A stretch of 47,393 bases of DNA, taken from the IMG/VR virus record IMGVR_UViG_3300036798_000553, positions 1 through 47,393 of that record, one strand, 5' to 3'. Origin of the DNA: a virus (taxonomy: Duplodnaviria; Caudoviricetes). The translations under genes were made by a program, and so were the position numbers. Positions 27,268 to 36,922 of this stretch are shown piece after piece. A model generated the notes under the pieces. The model searched no databases, was not told the origin of the DNA, and was given only the letters and a program-made list of their open reading frames with translations. The number at the start of each line of letters is the position of its first letter. The first letter of the stretch is position 1.

Positions 27268-27534
27268 TTATCGACGCCGGCCGTCGGATTGGCCGGTGCG
27301 TTGGTGGTGTTCTTGGGCGAGCTGGTAGACCAGTGACACGCCGCGCAGGCGGGCCTCGGCGCGCAGGCGGTCCAGGTCGGTTCGGGCGAACAGCGGGCGG
27401 CCGGCCACGAGGTGCCGCGTGACGATACCGTCGGCCAGCCAGCGGTAGAGGGTGCTGCGGGAAACCAGGAGGTATCGGGCAGCGTCGGCCGCCGACAACC
27501 ACTCTGAGTAGATTTTCGCCGCTGGCCGATCCAT
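27268..27534 (-). CDS. excisionase/MerR-type HTH DNA-binding protein
   Basis: WLSAADAARYLLVSRSTLYRWLADG...FARTDLD; GGAGG RBS; first gene of the leftward operon. Confidence 0.85.
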   Translation of the reverse strand: MDRPAAKIYSEWLSAADAARYLLVSRSTLYRWLADGIVTRHLVAGRPLFARTDLDRLRAEARLRGVSLVYQLAQEHHQRTGQSDGRRR

Positions 27535-27706
27535 CAACCCTCCTCTCTCGCCGTGGTGTGTCAATGTACACACATGCTCCGGCCGCGTCCAGCCGCACGA
27601 AACCGCACGCGAGTGCGCGTCCGTGTGAGAAAAGTTCGCCGACGCTGTTACCATTCACGGTGGACGCATGCTGCATGACCTGCACCGATGCGAGAGGGAG
27701 GGTGCG

Positions 27707-27970
27707 GTGGCCGCCGCTGTTTCGATCTTGTCAGCGCTTCTGGGAATAGCTGTAACGGTGGGCATCTGGGCGGCCGGGCGGGTGGATACTGTCAGGCGGG
27801 AGAAAGACCAGGAGATCGCCGCATGGAAGACGGCGTTCGAGGGTATGAAAGTAGCGCACAGTGAGGTGGTCGATTTGCAACGGAATTCCCAGCAGGCCAC
27901 GGCGATCACCAACACTGTCATGCTCGCGCTGAAAAGCCAGCTCCCGCCCAGTCCAGCAGGAGGATCATGA
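27707..27970 (+). CDS. membrane protein (N-terminal TM plus coiled coil)
   Basis: GGAGG RBS, VSILSALLGIAVTVGIW. Confidence 0.6.
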   Translation: MAAAVSILSALLGIAVTVGIWAAGRVDTVRREKDQEIAAWKTAFEGMKVAHSEVVDLQRNSQQATAITNTVMLALKSQLPPSPAGGS

Positions 27971-28278
27971 CTATGAAGATCTCCTGGCGCCCCCGCCGTG
28001 ACCGGCCGGCACCTGGAACTTCCCCGCCCCCCGCCGTCCCCGCCGAGACGCCGTCACTCAGTGACGAGGCGCGCGCTGCCCTGCGGGCCGCCGAGCAGGC
28101 CCAGGCCGAAGCCTCGCGCACGAGCGCCGAGATGGCCCCCATCCTGCGCTCGATCCGCCGGCACCTCGCGCATAACGACATCAAGGACACGATCAAACGT
28201 CTGGATATCTATGCGGCTCTGTGGCAGACCGAGACGGATCTGTTGCGGCGCAACCAAGAGGGAGGCGAGAGGACATGA
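27967..28278 (+). CDS. hypothetical protein
   Basis: coupled ORF, GGAGG RBS. Confidence 0.6.
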   Translation: MTMKISWRPRRDRPAPGTSPPPAVPAETPSLSDEARAALRAAEQAQAEASRTSAEMAPILRSIRRHLAHNDIKDTIKRLDIYAALWQTETDLLRRNQEGGERT

Positions 28279-28646
28279 AAGAGAGTGTGGACCGTCTGGG
28301 CGACATCGGCAAAGAACTGGTGGGTGCTGTTCGAAGCCTTGAGGGCCGCACCAAGCGCTCTGAGATCGGATTGGCGATTTCTTACGTTCTGATTGTGGTG
28401 GACGTCCTGCTGTCGATCTTCCTGGTCGTCAGCTTAGTCAACCAGAGCGATGCCACCCGCCAGCTCCAGCAGGTTCAGCAAAACGGCGCCCAGGTGCGCC
28501 AACAGGTCCTCTGCCCCCTCTACCAACTGCTCGTATCCTCCTACTCGACGAGGGCGAGGGACGCCTACCCACAGGGGGCCGCAGCCTATGACCACGCCTT
28601 TGCGGTCCTGCGCGACAGCACCAAGATCCTTAACTGCCATTCCTAG
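28275..28646 (+). CDS. single-TM membrane protein
   Basis: LAISYVLIVVDVLLSIFLVVSLV followed by VLCPLY. Confidence 0.65.
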   Translation: MKESVDRLGDIGKELVGAVRSLEGRTKRSEIGLAISYVLIVVDVLLSIFLVVSLVNQSDATRQLQQVQQNGAQVRQQVLCPLYQLLVSSYSTRARDAYPQGAAAYDHAFAVLRDSTKILNCHS

Positions 28647-28701
28647 CAGGGTGTAGTACACTACTGGCCATCCGACCCGCCGCTCTCGATCGGAGCCTGC
28701 T

Positions 28702-29655
28702 ATGACCTCGCGCTACTACGGGCGCCTCCCCAACTCCGGCAAACCGCGCGTGCGCCTGCACCGCGCCCACCTCGCCGTTCCGCATTACCAAGCCCCGCTG
28801 GCGCCGGTGGACAATTACTCCCGGTTGCCGGCCGCGCTGTGGGGTATGGACGACAACGACCGACTCGGCTGCTGCACCGTGGCGGACGTCGACCACGAAA
28901 TCAAGTCGATGGACGACTACGCAGGCAGCCTCACTTTTCCGCAGACCACCAATGCGGAGATCGACACCGTCTACGAGCTGTTCGGTTATAACCCAGCCGA
29001 CCCCGCCACCGATCAAGGGGCGGAAATGCAGGCCGTCCGGGCGGCGTGGCGCAAGACCGGTTTCGTTTTCGGCGGCATCCGCGACCAGATCGCCCTGTTC
29101 GCCGAACTCGATGTCGCCGACGTCGGTCTGATCCAGACCGCCCTGCGCGAATTCGGCGCGATCGGCCTGGGCATCAACTGCCCAAAATCCGCCGAGGACC
29201 AGTTCGACGCCGGCAAGGACTGGGTCGCCGTCAACCCCGACGGCGGAATTGTCGGCGGCCACGCGATCGCCCTGGTCGGCTTCGACACCAACTGGCTCTA
29301 CGTGCTCACCTGGGGCCGAGTGCAGCGAATGTCTTATTCCTTCTGGGCGCGGTATGGCGAGGAAGTCTGGGTATCGCTGTCCCAGGATTATGTGGACAGC
29401 ACCGCCGGTACCGCAAAGGGGCAGAGACTCTACGGTCTGGGCGCCCAGTTCTTCCTCCTGACCGGACAGTCCAATCCCTTTCCCGCTCCCGTTACTCCGC
29501 AGCCCACACCCCCGCCTGCTCCCGTTCCAGGGCGCACAACCGTAGATGCCGAGTTCGCCGCTGACCTGCATCTTTGGCTGCGTGAACGCCATGTGCTGGA
29601 AAACCATAAATTGGCGCTGGCGGCCAAGAAGTGGCTGATTGCCATGGATCTGTAA
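28702..29655 (+). CDS. papain-like (C1-type) cysteine peptidase, possibly lytic
   Basis: NDRLGCCT (catalytic Cys), GGHAIALVGFD (His), LTWG; Pro-rich linker and short C-terminal domain. Confidence 0.8.
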   Translation: MTSRYYGRLPNSGKPRVRLHRAHLAVPHYQAPLAPVDNYSRLPAALWGMDDNDRLGCCTVADVDHEIKSMDDYAGSLTFPQTTNAEIDTVYELFGYNPADPATDQGAEMQAVRAAWRKTGFVFGGIRDQIALFAELDVADVGLIQTALREFGAIGLGINCPKSAEDQFDAGKDWVAVNPDGGIVGGHAIALVGFDTNWLYVLTWGRVQRMSYSFWARYGEEVWVSLSQDYVDSTAGTAKGQRLYGLGAQFFLLTGQSNPFPAPVTPQPTPPPAPVPGRTTVDAEFAADLHLWLRERHVLENHKLALAAKKWLIAMDL

Positions 29656-29834
29656 TGGACATCGACATCACCGTCTTCTCCTGGCGCCGCTGGCTCGCCG
29701 AGCGCAGGCTCATGGTGCGCAACCAGCGCGCCTCTCCCGGCACCTGTGGAGCCTGCGGCAGCTACCTTATGGGCGGCCTCAGTCACGCGCACTACACTTT
29801 CCGCTGGTTTCATCTTCTTCGAAGGAAGCGCTAA
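29655..29834 (+). CDS. small hypothetical protein
   Basis: TAATG coupling; CGAC. Confidence 0.45.
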   Translation: MDIDITVFSWRRWLAERRLMVRNQRASPGTCGACGSYLMGGLSHAHYTFRWFHLLRRKR

Positions 29835-30353
29835 ATGGACCTGCGTATGAACCCCACTACCGGTCAGCTCGCCCAGCGGCTGCCTGCCGCGGCCGGTACT
29901 GACCCGGGCTGGTTCGTCTGGGCCTGGGAGTCCAGTACGATCACCACCGACATCCTCGGCGACGCCGACCTGGTCGACTGGGTTCGCGCCGAGGTCACCG
30001 CCGTCCCGGACGAGCCAGTCTTCCTGTTCGCGGTCGGCTGCGTCGACTGCCAGCCCGACCACGAGCCCGCGAGTACCCCGTTGGAACGCGAGCGCCACCT
30101 CGCCTACCACGCCCCCGGCCACGCGACCGCCCCCTACGCCGTCAAGGCCGTCCACCCGCACTACGAACCCGACGCGGAGCCCGAGGTCGGCGACACGGTC
30201 ACCTTCTTCGGCTCGACCACCGCTCAGGTCGTCGGCTTCGTCCACGCCGAAGTCACCGCCATCAACGGCGCGACCGCCCAGATCACCGCCGAACACGACC
30301 ACCGCCTGCTCGTCCCACTGACCGCCCTGGCTTACCTCCAGGACGCGACGTGA
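29835..30353 (+). CDS. hypothetical protein
   Basis: ORF with GC-rich third positions. Confidence 0.65.
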   Translation: MDLRMNPTTGQLAQRLPAAAGTDPGWFVWAWESSTITTDILGDADLVDWVRAEVTAVPDEPVFLFAVGCVDCQPDHEPASTPLERERHLAYHAPGHATAPYAVKAVHPHYEPDAEPEVGDTVTFFGSTTAQVVGFVHAEVTAINGATAQITAEHDHRLLVPLTALAYLQDAT

Positions 30354-30598
30354 GCGGCGAGCACGTACCGATCGGCGGCCGCCTGGACGCCCTGGGCCTG
30401 CTCGCCGGTATCGCCGACAGCCAGCACATCACCGCCGCTCTGGTGATCCTCAAGGTCGTGGACACGACAGAAGACGGCATGGAGCCGAATTTGATTATCG
30501 CCACCGACCCCGGCACCGACTGGATCGACGAGCGCGGCCTATTGGGCTGTGCCCAGGAGATCTTCCAGCAGGTTCGAGCCGAAAGGATGGAAGACTGA
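30350..30598 (+). CDS. hypothetical protein
   Basis: coupled ORF. Confidence 0.6.
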   Translation: MSGEHVPIGGRLDALGLLAGIADSQHITAALVILKVVDTTEDGMEPNLIIATDPGTDWIDERGLLGCAQEIFQQVRAERMED

Positions 30599-30840
30599 TG
30601 CAGCCGTACCAGCGCGAGTGGCACGTGGTAGTTGGCAACGAGCCGATTAAGCTCAATGCTGCCGAGCAGTCGTTTATCGTTGTCACCGCAGACGGAGGTC
30701 CCGTGACACATCTCGATGAACAGTGGATTCAGGCCGTGCTCAACGCCGCACGGACCGGCAAGCCGATGCCACCGCCGAGCCTGGAGACCGACCCGCAAGG
30801 AGCCGTCGGCGTTGCCTATCGAGAGGCGCGGGAGCTGTAA
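30598..30840 (+). CDS. hypothetical protein
   Basis: TGATG coupling. Confidence 0.55.
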   Translation: MQPYQREWHVVVGNEPIKLNAAEQSFIVVTADGGPVTHLDEQWIQAVLNAARTGKPMPPPSLETDPQGAVGVAYREAREL

Positions 30841-31085
30841 TGCAGAATGTGCTGCCTTACCGGGGGGAGGACGGCGCTGTTCGCGAAAGCGGCTACACGG
30901 TCGACTTCCACCACTGCTTCGATTTCCTGAGGCCGCGCTTGCTAGGGAACCCAGAGGGCCTTCTCGCCATGCGCGCGTGGCTCGACGCACTTGACCGCGA
31001 GCATCAGGCGGCGCAGGCCTACGAACAGGCGAAGCGAGAGGCCTCGGACGACCTGGAGGCTCTGGGCGGGAGATTGCAGCGATGA
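30840..31085 (+). CDS. hypothetical protein
   Basis: TAATG coupling. Confidence 0.5.
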   Translation: MQNVLPYRGEDGAVRESGYTVDFHHCFDFLRPRLLGNPEGLLAMRAWLDALDREHQAAQAYEQAKREASDDLEALGGRLQR

Positions 31086-32938
31086 CAACGGTGGCGGTCA
31101 GTGCGGATATCCGGTGGCCGGTGACGCTGGCGGGTGCGGTGGGGACAGTGACGTTCCAGCTCATGCAGCCGCTGGTCGACGGTGGGACGGTGTACGGCAC
31201 CAACGTGACACTGACCGAGACCGTGGAGGCCGGCGACTTTCCGGCGCCGGTGAACCTTCAGGCCGGCGCGGTGTGGGAGGTGACGGTTCAGACCGACGCG
31301 TGGCGTGAGCAGTTCGAGGTGTATGTCGCCGCAACGCCCTCCAGCATCACCCTGGCCGCGTTGTTCCAGCTCGCCCAGCCAGCGCCCTCGGCGCCCGCGC
31401 AGTTCGTGCCGACCACTCTGCTCGGCGCGCTGAACGGGGTCGCTACGCTCGGCGCCGACGGGGTGCTCATCGAGTCGCAGCGCCCGTTGCTGTGGCAGCT
31501 CGCCGAGCGGTACGCCGGGCTGAGTAATCCATCGGCGATTGTGCCCTACTCCGGAAACGACCCGAATAACGCGATCACTCTGGCCAGCGGGACCTACCAG
31601 AACCTACTGTTCCACTGCTCCGAGCTGATTATCCCCAACAACGACACCAAGCTCGTCAACTGCGACATTGTCTGTACCAACAGCAACTTCAGCGTGCGGC
31701 TGGACGCCAACACTGGCCTGGAAACAGGGCGCTACCTGGAGCACTGCCGTATCACCGGCCCCGGCGCCGCACTGGCCGGTGCGGGATTCCGGGCGCGACT
31801 GTGCGAGGTTTACCACACCGGGGACGACTCGGCCCGGCTGGGACGTTCGCACGCCGAACCCACGGTGTTCGAGCTGTGCCACTTCCACGATTACATGCCC
31901 GCTGCGAACGCCCACTGCGACGGCATTCAGATCGTCACCTACCCGGCCGCCGACGTGGTCGTCCTGGGCTGCTCGATTACCCTGACCACCGCCCCGGGCT
32001 ACGTCCGGCCCGGCGGCGCCGGCTACACAGGCGCCCTATTCGTGGACACCGCCGACGTGCCGATCGGCGGTTCGGATCCGGAGCCCGCCCGCCGCGGCGG
32101 TATCTGGGCGGTGGGCTGCAAGTTCGTCGCCGAGGACAACTACTCGGTGGTCATCGACGGTCCGAACACCGACATCCGCGACTGCACCCTGCTGCCCGGC
32201 TCGACCGCCGTCGAGAGCATCCAGGCCGGCGTCACGGTCACCGGAGGCAACAACTCCGACCTCAATGGCGTGCCCCTTGTGGACACCGACATCGGCGGTA
32301 CGCCGATCACTCGATTCCTCACCGTTGGCGACCCGCGCCAGACCGGCGGCGGAGGAGGTGCGACCACCTTCGCTGCTTTGACCGACGTTCTGCTCACCAG
32401 CCTTGCCGACGGCCAGGTCCCGACCTGGTCGGCCAGCGCCTCGAAGTGGGAAAACAAGACCCCGGCCAGCGGAGGTGGTGCGGGACCGGCGATGTCCATC
32501 GTGTCGGGTCAACTCACCTCCGGCAACGTGGCCGCCACCAACACCGCTGGCGCCTTCCTGCCTATCGCTGGGACGTCAGTTTCTATCTCGGCCGCCCTGG
32601 GCGACCAGGTCAGCGGACAGTACGGCTTCACCGACGCGTCGGGTGCTGGCAGTTACTACGACATCGGCGTAACGGTCGGCGGCGTGCTGGTGCGGCAGCT
32701 CTACAGCCCCGCCTTCCCGGCCACCAGTAGCTACGAAGGTATGCCCGGCGCGCTGCCTGACAACCCGCCCGCATTCTTCGGCCCGGTCGCGCCGCGGTGG
32801 TTCACCGTCACCTCGGGCGACCTGGATTCCGGCGGTGTGGTGACGTTCTGCCTGTGCCGGCGCTCGACGGGCTCGGGCTCCCTGCTGATGAGTGCGGATA
32901 TCCCGGTGACCTATTCGCTCTACAACAACCACCACTAG
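31082..32938 (+). CDS. putative tail fibre/spike or appendage with a beta-helix (pectin lyase-like) domain
   Basis: GALNGVATLGADG fibre motif, AHCDGIQI, ALTDV..ADGQVPTWSASASKWEN, Gly linkers. Confidence 0.65.
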   Translation: MTTVAVSADIRWPVTLAGAVGTVTFQLMQPLVDGGTVYGTNVTLTETVEAGDFPAPVNLQAGAVWEVTVQTDAWREQFEVYVAATPSSITLAALFQLAQPAPSAPAQFVPTTLLGALNGVATLGADGVLIESQRPLLWQLAERYAGLSNPSAIVPYSGNDPNNAITLASGTYQNLLFHCSELIIPNNDTKLVNCDIVCTNSNFSVRLDANTGLETGRYLEHCRITGPGAALAGAGFRARLCEVYHTGDDSARLGRSHAEPTVFELCHFHDYMPAANAHCDGIQIVTYPAADVVVLGCSITLTTAPGYVRPGGAGYTGALFVDTADVPIGGSDPEPARRGGIWAVGCKFVAEDNYSVVIDGPNTDIRDCTLLPGSTAVESIQAGVTVTGGNNSDLNGVPLVDTDIGGTPITRFLTVGDPRQTGGGGGATTFAALTDVLLTSLADGQVPTWSASASKWENKTPASGGGAGPAMSIVSGQLTSGNVAATNTAGAFLPIAGTSVSISAALGDQVSGQYGFTDASGAGSYYDIGVTVGGVLVRQLYSPAFPATSSYEGMPGALPDNPPAFFGPVAPRWFTVTSGDLDSGGVVTFCLCRRSTGSGSLLMSADIPVTYSLYNNHH

Positions 32939-32946
32939 GGGGCGAC

Positions 32947-33321
32947 ATGAGGCATCCTGCCTTGGAGAGGCATCTCGAACAGCGCGCGGCCAGCGCACAG
33001 CTCCGTGTCGCCGACGCCATTACCGCCTTCGCCGGGTCGATGAATTTCGTCTACCTGCACGTGATGGTCTTCGCTGGCTGGATGCTGTTCGTCGAGCGCA
33101 ACCCCTGGCCCACCCTGACCCTGGTCGTGTCGCTCGAAGCGATCTTCCTCTCCACATTTGTGATGATCGGCCAGAACCGCGCTGCCGCGTTCCAGCAGGC
33201 GAAAGCTGATCACGACTTCGAGGAGCAGGAACTCGAACTCAAGACCAACACCGAACTGACCCGTGAGATCCATGCGATGACCGTCGAGCTCCAGCGGCGC
33301 CTGCCAGTCGGCGGTTCGTGA
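32947..33321 (+). CDS. DUF1003-family membrane protein
   Basis: ADAITAFAGSMNFVYLH...LTLVVSLEAIFLSTFVMIGQNR. Confidence 0.85.
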   Translation: MRHPALERHLEQRAASAQLRVADAITAFAGSMNFVYLHVMVFAGWMLFVERNPWPTLTLVVSLEAIFLSTFVMIGQNRAAAFQQAKADHDFEEQELELKTNTELTREIHAMTVELQRRLPVGGS

Positions 33322-33530
33322 TGTTCCGCACCGGCACCAAGAACCCATACGCCGTGTGGTGGTCGGACGACGCACCGGGCAGCACGGCTGACGATGCTTT
33401 TGTGTGCATCGCCATGTCTCCATTCGCAACAGAGGTCATCGCGATTGCTCTGAACGACAAGCCGAGCTTCGCCTCGTCGCGTAGCCGGCTGATCGATTCT
33501 GCGCCCGCTGTACCGCGCAGGGAGGAGTGA
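33321..33530 (+). CDS. hypothetical protein
   Basis: coupled ORF, MFRTGTKNP. Confidence 0.5.
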   Translation: MFRTGTKNPYAVWWSDDAPGSTADDAFVCIAMSPFATEVIAIALNDKPSFASSRSRLIDSAPAVPRREE

Positions 33531-33916
33531 TGCTGTACGGCCTCCTACTGGCACATTTGGTCGGCGACTACCTTCTGCAAAGCCACTGGATGGCTACCGA
33601 GAAGACCAAGCGGTGGTGGCCAGCCTGGGCGCACGCCCTGACCTACGGGCTCCCGTTCCTGCTCGTGACCTGCTCGCCGGTGGCACTGGCGGCCATCGTG
33701 ATCACGCACGCGGTGATCGATCATTACCGACTGGCGCGCTACGTGGTGTGGCTCAAGAACCTCATGGCACCAGCCGAACAGCGGCACCCGTGGCGCGAAT
33801 GCACGGCGACCGGCTATGCGGCCGATGTCCCAGCGTGGCTCTCGACGTGGCTGCTGATCATCGCGGACAACACGATCCATTTGGGTATCAACTGGGCATC
33901 GGTGAGGTGGCTATGA
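33527..33916 (+). CDS. DUF3307-family membrane protein
   Basis: LLAHLVGDYLLQS, HAVIDH, ADNTIH. Confidence 0.85.
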   Translation: MMLYGLLLAHLVGDYLLQSHWMATEKTKRWWPAWAHALTYGLPFLLVTCSPVALAAIVITHAVIDHYRLARYVVWLKNLMAPAEQRHPWRECTATGYAADVPAWLSTWLLIIADNTIHLGINWASVRWL

Positions 33917-34869
33917 CCTATCTATTTGACGGCATCAACCATCCGTCTGCTCAGCAGGTTATCGACGCAGGCGCGAATGGCTGTTTGATGTACGGCGGCA
34001 CGCCAGGTGATGGCCTGGGCAAGGATTTCACCGTCGCGCAGTATGCCGACTACAAGGCACGCGGATTGCTGACTGCGTTTGTCTACGAGAACTCGGCCAA
34101 CGACATGGCCACCGGCATGGCTGGTGGCGCGGCGCACGCCGATGCCCTGCTGGCAGACTTGCACAACAAGGGCGTCGCCTCAATCGAACCGATCGGCGTT
34201 ACCGTCGACGAGCACGTTACCGCGGCGAACATCCCGCTTGCGGTCCAGTACCAGACCGGCTTTTATCGGCGGGCGCTGGCTCTGGGATGGAGCGGTGCGC
34301 GGGGCGGCTACGGGTTCGCGGAGTTCCTGATCGCGATCCACGACGCGGGGGTTGCGGATTGGTATTGGGGAGCCGGCAATCTCTCGCTGCTGCCTGCCTA
34401 TGTGAACATCTGGCAGGATAACACTGGCACGATTCTCGTGGGCGGTGCAGTTGATGACAAGGACTGGATTCGAGTTCCATTACCCACAGGAGGAAATATG
34501 GAACTAACCTATGCACTGCCAGACCCACTGTCCGTTGCTGGCTCGGGAACCGTTGCCGAGGGCCTGACCGTTGCACTGGACGGTATCGCGGGCAAACGCA
34601 ACGGAGGCGCGCTGGCCAACGCGCTCGGCAACATCCAGGCCCAGCTTGTCACGCTGGCCAGTGCTGTCGCCGGAGCGAGTGCCCAGGAGAAAACCGATGC
34701 GGCAGCGACGATTACCGCCATCGGCAAGGTAGGCCAGCTCGATCCGACCGCGCTGGAGGCCGACCTGACCGCCGCGCTCAAGGCGCTGGGTTGGACCGCG
34801 CCGTCCACGCCCACCCAGACCGCAGCGGCGGTACTGGCCCTGTTCCAGTCCCAACTCGCCAAGCCGTAG
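33913..34869 (+). CDS. endolysin, DUF1906/GH25-like glycoside hydrolase
   Basis: GKDFT..Y..RGL..FVYE, VTVD, GGYG, IWQ...VDKD; lies directly before the holin. Confidence 0.8.
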   Translation: MTYLFDGINHPSAQQVIDAGANGCLMYGGTPGDGLGKDFTVAQYADYKARGLLTAFVYENSANDMATGMAGGAAHADALLADLHNKGVASIEPIGVTVDEHVTAANIPLAVQYQTGFYRRALALGWSGARGGYGFAEFLIAIHDAGVADWYWGAGNLSLLPAYVNIWQDNTGTILVGGAVDDKDWIRVPLPTGGNMELTYALPDPLSVAGSGTVAEGLTVALDGIAGKRNGGALANALGNIQAQLVTLASAVAGASAQEKTDAAATITAIGKVGQLDPTALEADLTAALKALGWTAPSTPTQTAAAVLALFQSQLAKP

Positions 34870-34878
34870 GAGAATCTC

Positions 34879-35139
34879 GTGGACATCAACAACCTGATCA
34901 AGTTTTTCCGCACGCCACAGACCGCGATTTCCTTCCTGATCACTCTGGTCAGTCTCGGCGGTACGGTCGGCCTGCTCAGCACTGATCTGACCGCCGCGCT
35001 CAAGGCGGTGCTGATCGCGGCCCTGGGTCTGATCGCTGTGTTCACCCACTCCACGGCAAGCACCGCACTGGTGCGCAGAGCGCACGCCCAGGCGCTGAGC
35101 CGGGCACCGAACATTGAGGCCGGTGCGACCACCGACTGA
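34879..35139 (+). CDS. putative holin
   Basis: 86 aa, two TM segments, directly after the endolysin, AGGAG RBS. Confidence 0.75.
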   Translation: MDINNLIKFFRTPQTAISFLITLVSLGGTVGLLSTDLTAALKAVLIAALGLIAVFTHSTASTALVRRAHAQALSRAPNIEAGATTD

Positions 35140-35196
35140 CCCCAGAACGTGCGCTCCGCCGGCTGCGCGGACGGCTCGCGTCGAGCGCACTCACGG

Positions 35197-35238
35197 CACC
35201 CCACCCGGGAAGGAGGAGCGGCCATCCCGGGTGGGGTG
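35197..35238 (+). terminator. terminator hairpin
   Basis: CACCCCACCCGGGA / TCCCGGGTGGGGTG followed by TCTCTTT. Confidence 0.7.
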
Positions 35239-35579
35239 TCTCTTTGTCCAGAATGTACCCTACCGCTCTCGCCAGAAAACCGGCCCCAGAATTTTTTGCG
35301 CCCCTGACCTGCGAAAACGCAGTCGGCCCCTAATAGGGGTTGCGGTCTCCGTTGATGCGCCCTACCGTTGTGTCATCGCCCCACCAGACCAGCCACTCAC
35401 CCGGCCAGGAGATGCGGAGCGCACGTTCTCTGAAAACTGAATGGTGGCCCGACACCGACAGACGTCCCCCGAGCAAGGGCTCGCATAGCGAGATCGATCC
35501 TGCCGAGGGCATCGAGGCATAACGCCAACATTTTCTCTTTCGTAAACCTCAACACCCACTTCCGTAAATGGAGTTCGCT

Positions 35580-35969
35580 ATGACCACCACCGAAGACCTC
35601 CCCACGATCACCGTCGACGGCCGTACGAAGCTGGGCTGGATGCTCAGCACGTACGACGAGCTGTACGAGGTAAAAACCGTTCTCCGCAAGGAACTCGAAA
35701 CCGCCGATCAACAGCTCACCGCGCTGGTCGACGAAATCAAGCTCGAAGCCGCCAAGAACGGCATTGCCGACGCGAACCTCGACAGCACCAAACTGGCCTA
35801 CGTCCTGCGCCTGCGCACCACTCCCCAGCGCCGCATGACCGAGGCCGACCTGAAACGCTTCCGCGCCGACCACCCGAACCTGTGGCTGGCCTATAGCACC
35901 GAGAAGGTCGTCCACACCCTCCGCAGGCTGACCGGCGCTCAGTGGCGCAAGCCGAAGGCCGGTGCGTAA
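35580..35969 (+). CDS. hypothetical protein
   Basis: GGAG RBS, coiled coil, DLKRFRADHPNLW. Confidence 0.7.
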   Translation: MTTTEDLPTITVDGRTKLGWMLSTYDELYEVKTVLRKELETADQQLTALVDEIKLEAAKNGIADANLDSTKLAYVLRLRTTPQRRMTEADLKRFRADHPNLWLAYSTEKVVHTLRRLTGAQWRKPKAGA

Positions 35970-36389
35970 TGCCCATCCGCTGCGGGCACTGCAGGAACTA
36001 CCACGAGACAGTCGAGGCGGTGCGGGTCTGTTCCCGTGCACCGGGGCCGGTAACGACCACCACCGTCGAGCCGATCACCGAGGGCGTCTACCAGCACCCC
36101 GACGGCCTAATCTTCAAGGTCCAGACCAGTCGAGAGTCCGGACGTCTCTACGCCAAGATATTCTGCGACGTGCCCGGCGACAAGCCCAGGTTCGTTTTCC
36201 CCCGGTGCCTTGCGCGCCATCAAGGCCGAGTACCGTATGACCGCCGAGCAGGCCTCCGCATTCGGTGCGCTCTACGGGGTCTGCTGCAACTGCTTCCGCG
36301 AACTCACCCGCGAGGAGTCAATGCGCCGGGGTTACGGGCCAACGTGTGCGGAGAAGAACGCTTGGCCCTACGACCACGGAGCAGACTGA
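35969..36389 (+). pseudogene. frameshifted DUF6011-like Zn-finger protein
   Basis: frame 0 reads EGVY...KVQTSRESGRLYAK; the +1 frame from ~36201 reads PGAL...CCNCFRELTREESMRRGYGPTCA. Confidence 0.65.
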
Positions 36390-36493
36390 TGAGATGTCGA
36401 TGCGGCTATGACGCCAAAGGCGAACTCGATCTGGAAGAACATGTCCTGGCTATGATGCACGTCGACGACGGATCAAGCCACGGAGCGGACTGA
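36389..36493 (+). CDS. small putative Zn-binding peptide
   Basis: GGAG RBS, TGATG coupling, CRC...H...H. Confidence 0.45.
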   Translation: MRCRCGYDAKGELDLEEHVLAMMHVDDGSSHGAD

Positions 36494-36588
36494 CAGACCA
36501 TCCGAATAGCAGTAAATCGGTAGGGGAAGATGCCGGCGCGGGTTGGTGAGACCTGCGCTGGCACCCCACAACGGAAGAAAGAGTGCTG

Positions 36589-36693
36589 ATGCCCAACAAT
36601 GTCGACGGCGACGCGGGATTCGGAACCTTCTGTCTGCTGCGCGTCTTCGCGTTCATCGCGGCGACCGTGGCCCTGGCCGTAGCTTTCACCTGA
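36589..36693 (+). CDS. small membrane peptide
   Basis: MPNNVDG...LLRVFAFIAATVALAVAFT. Confidence 0.4.
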   Translation: MPNNVDGDAGFGTFCLLRVFAFIAATVALAVAFT

Positions 36694-36762
36694 ATCATTA
36701 ATGCGTTCGTCCGGAGATCAACACCAGCCAACACTCCCCCGTCGGCTACTCCGGGCGCGTGG

Positions 36763-36827
36763 CCCGCGGAGCCTGTTTCTCCTCCCCCGAGGACAGGCTG
36801 TCTGGAGCTTCGAAACTCCCTGCGGGA
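36763..36827 (+). ncRNA. D-armless tRNA-like element
   Basis: CCCGCGG/CTGCGGG acceptor-like stem, GCCTGT/ACAGGC stem, GGAG-CTTCGAAA-CTCC T-arm-like hairpin. Confidence 0.35.
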
Positions 36828-36922
36828 CGAGGGCAGCGGTGGCTTCCTGCCGGATGACGCCGGTTATAAGGTCGCCCGAAGCGCAGTCTGTTGGCCAGTC
36901 TTGTCACAGGGCTGGAGGCTGC

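Noticed and set aside
27268-27534. Evidence of an integration module
   Set aside because: Xis-like HTH proteins are common regulators; no integrase or att site is visible.
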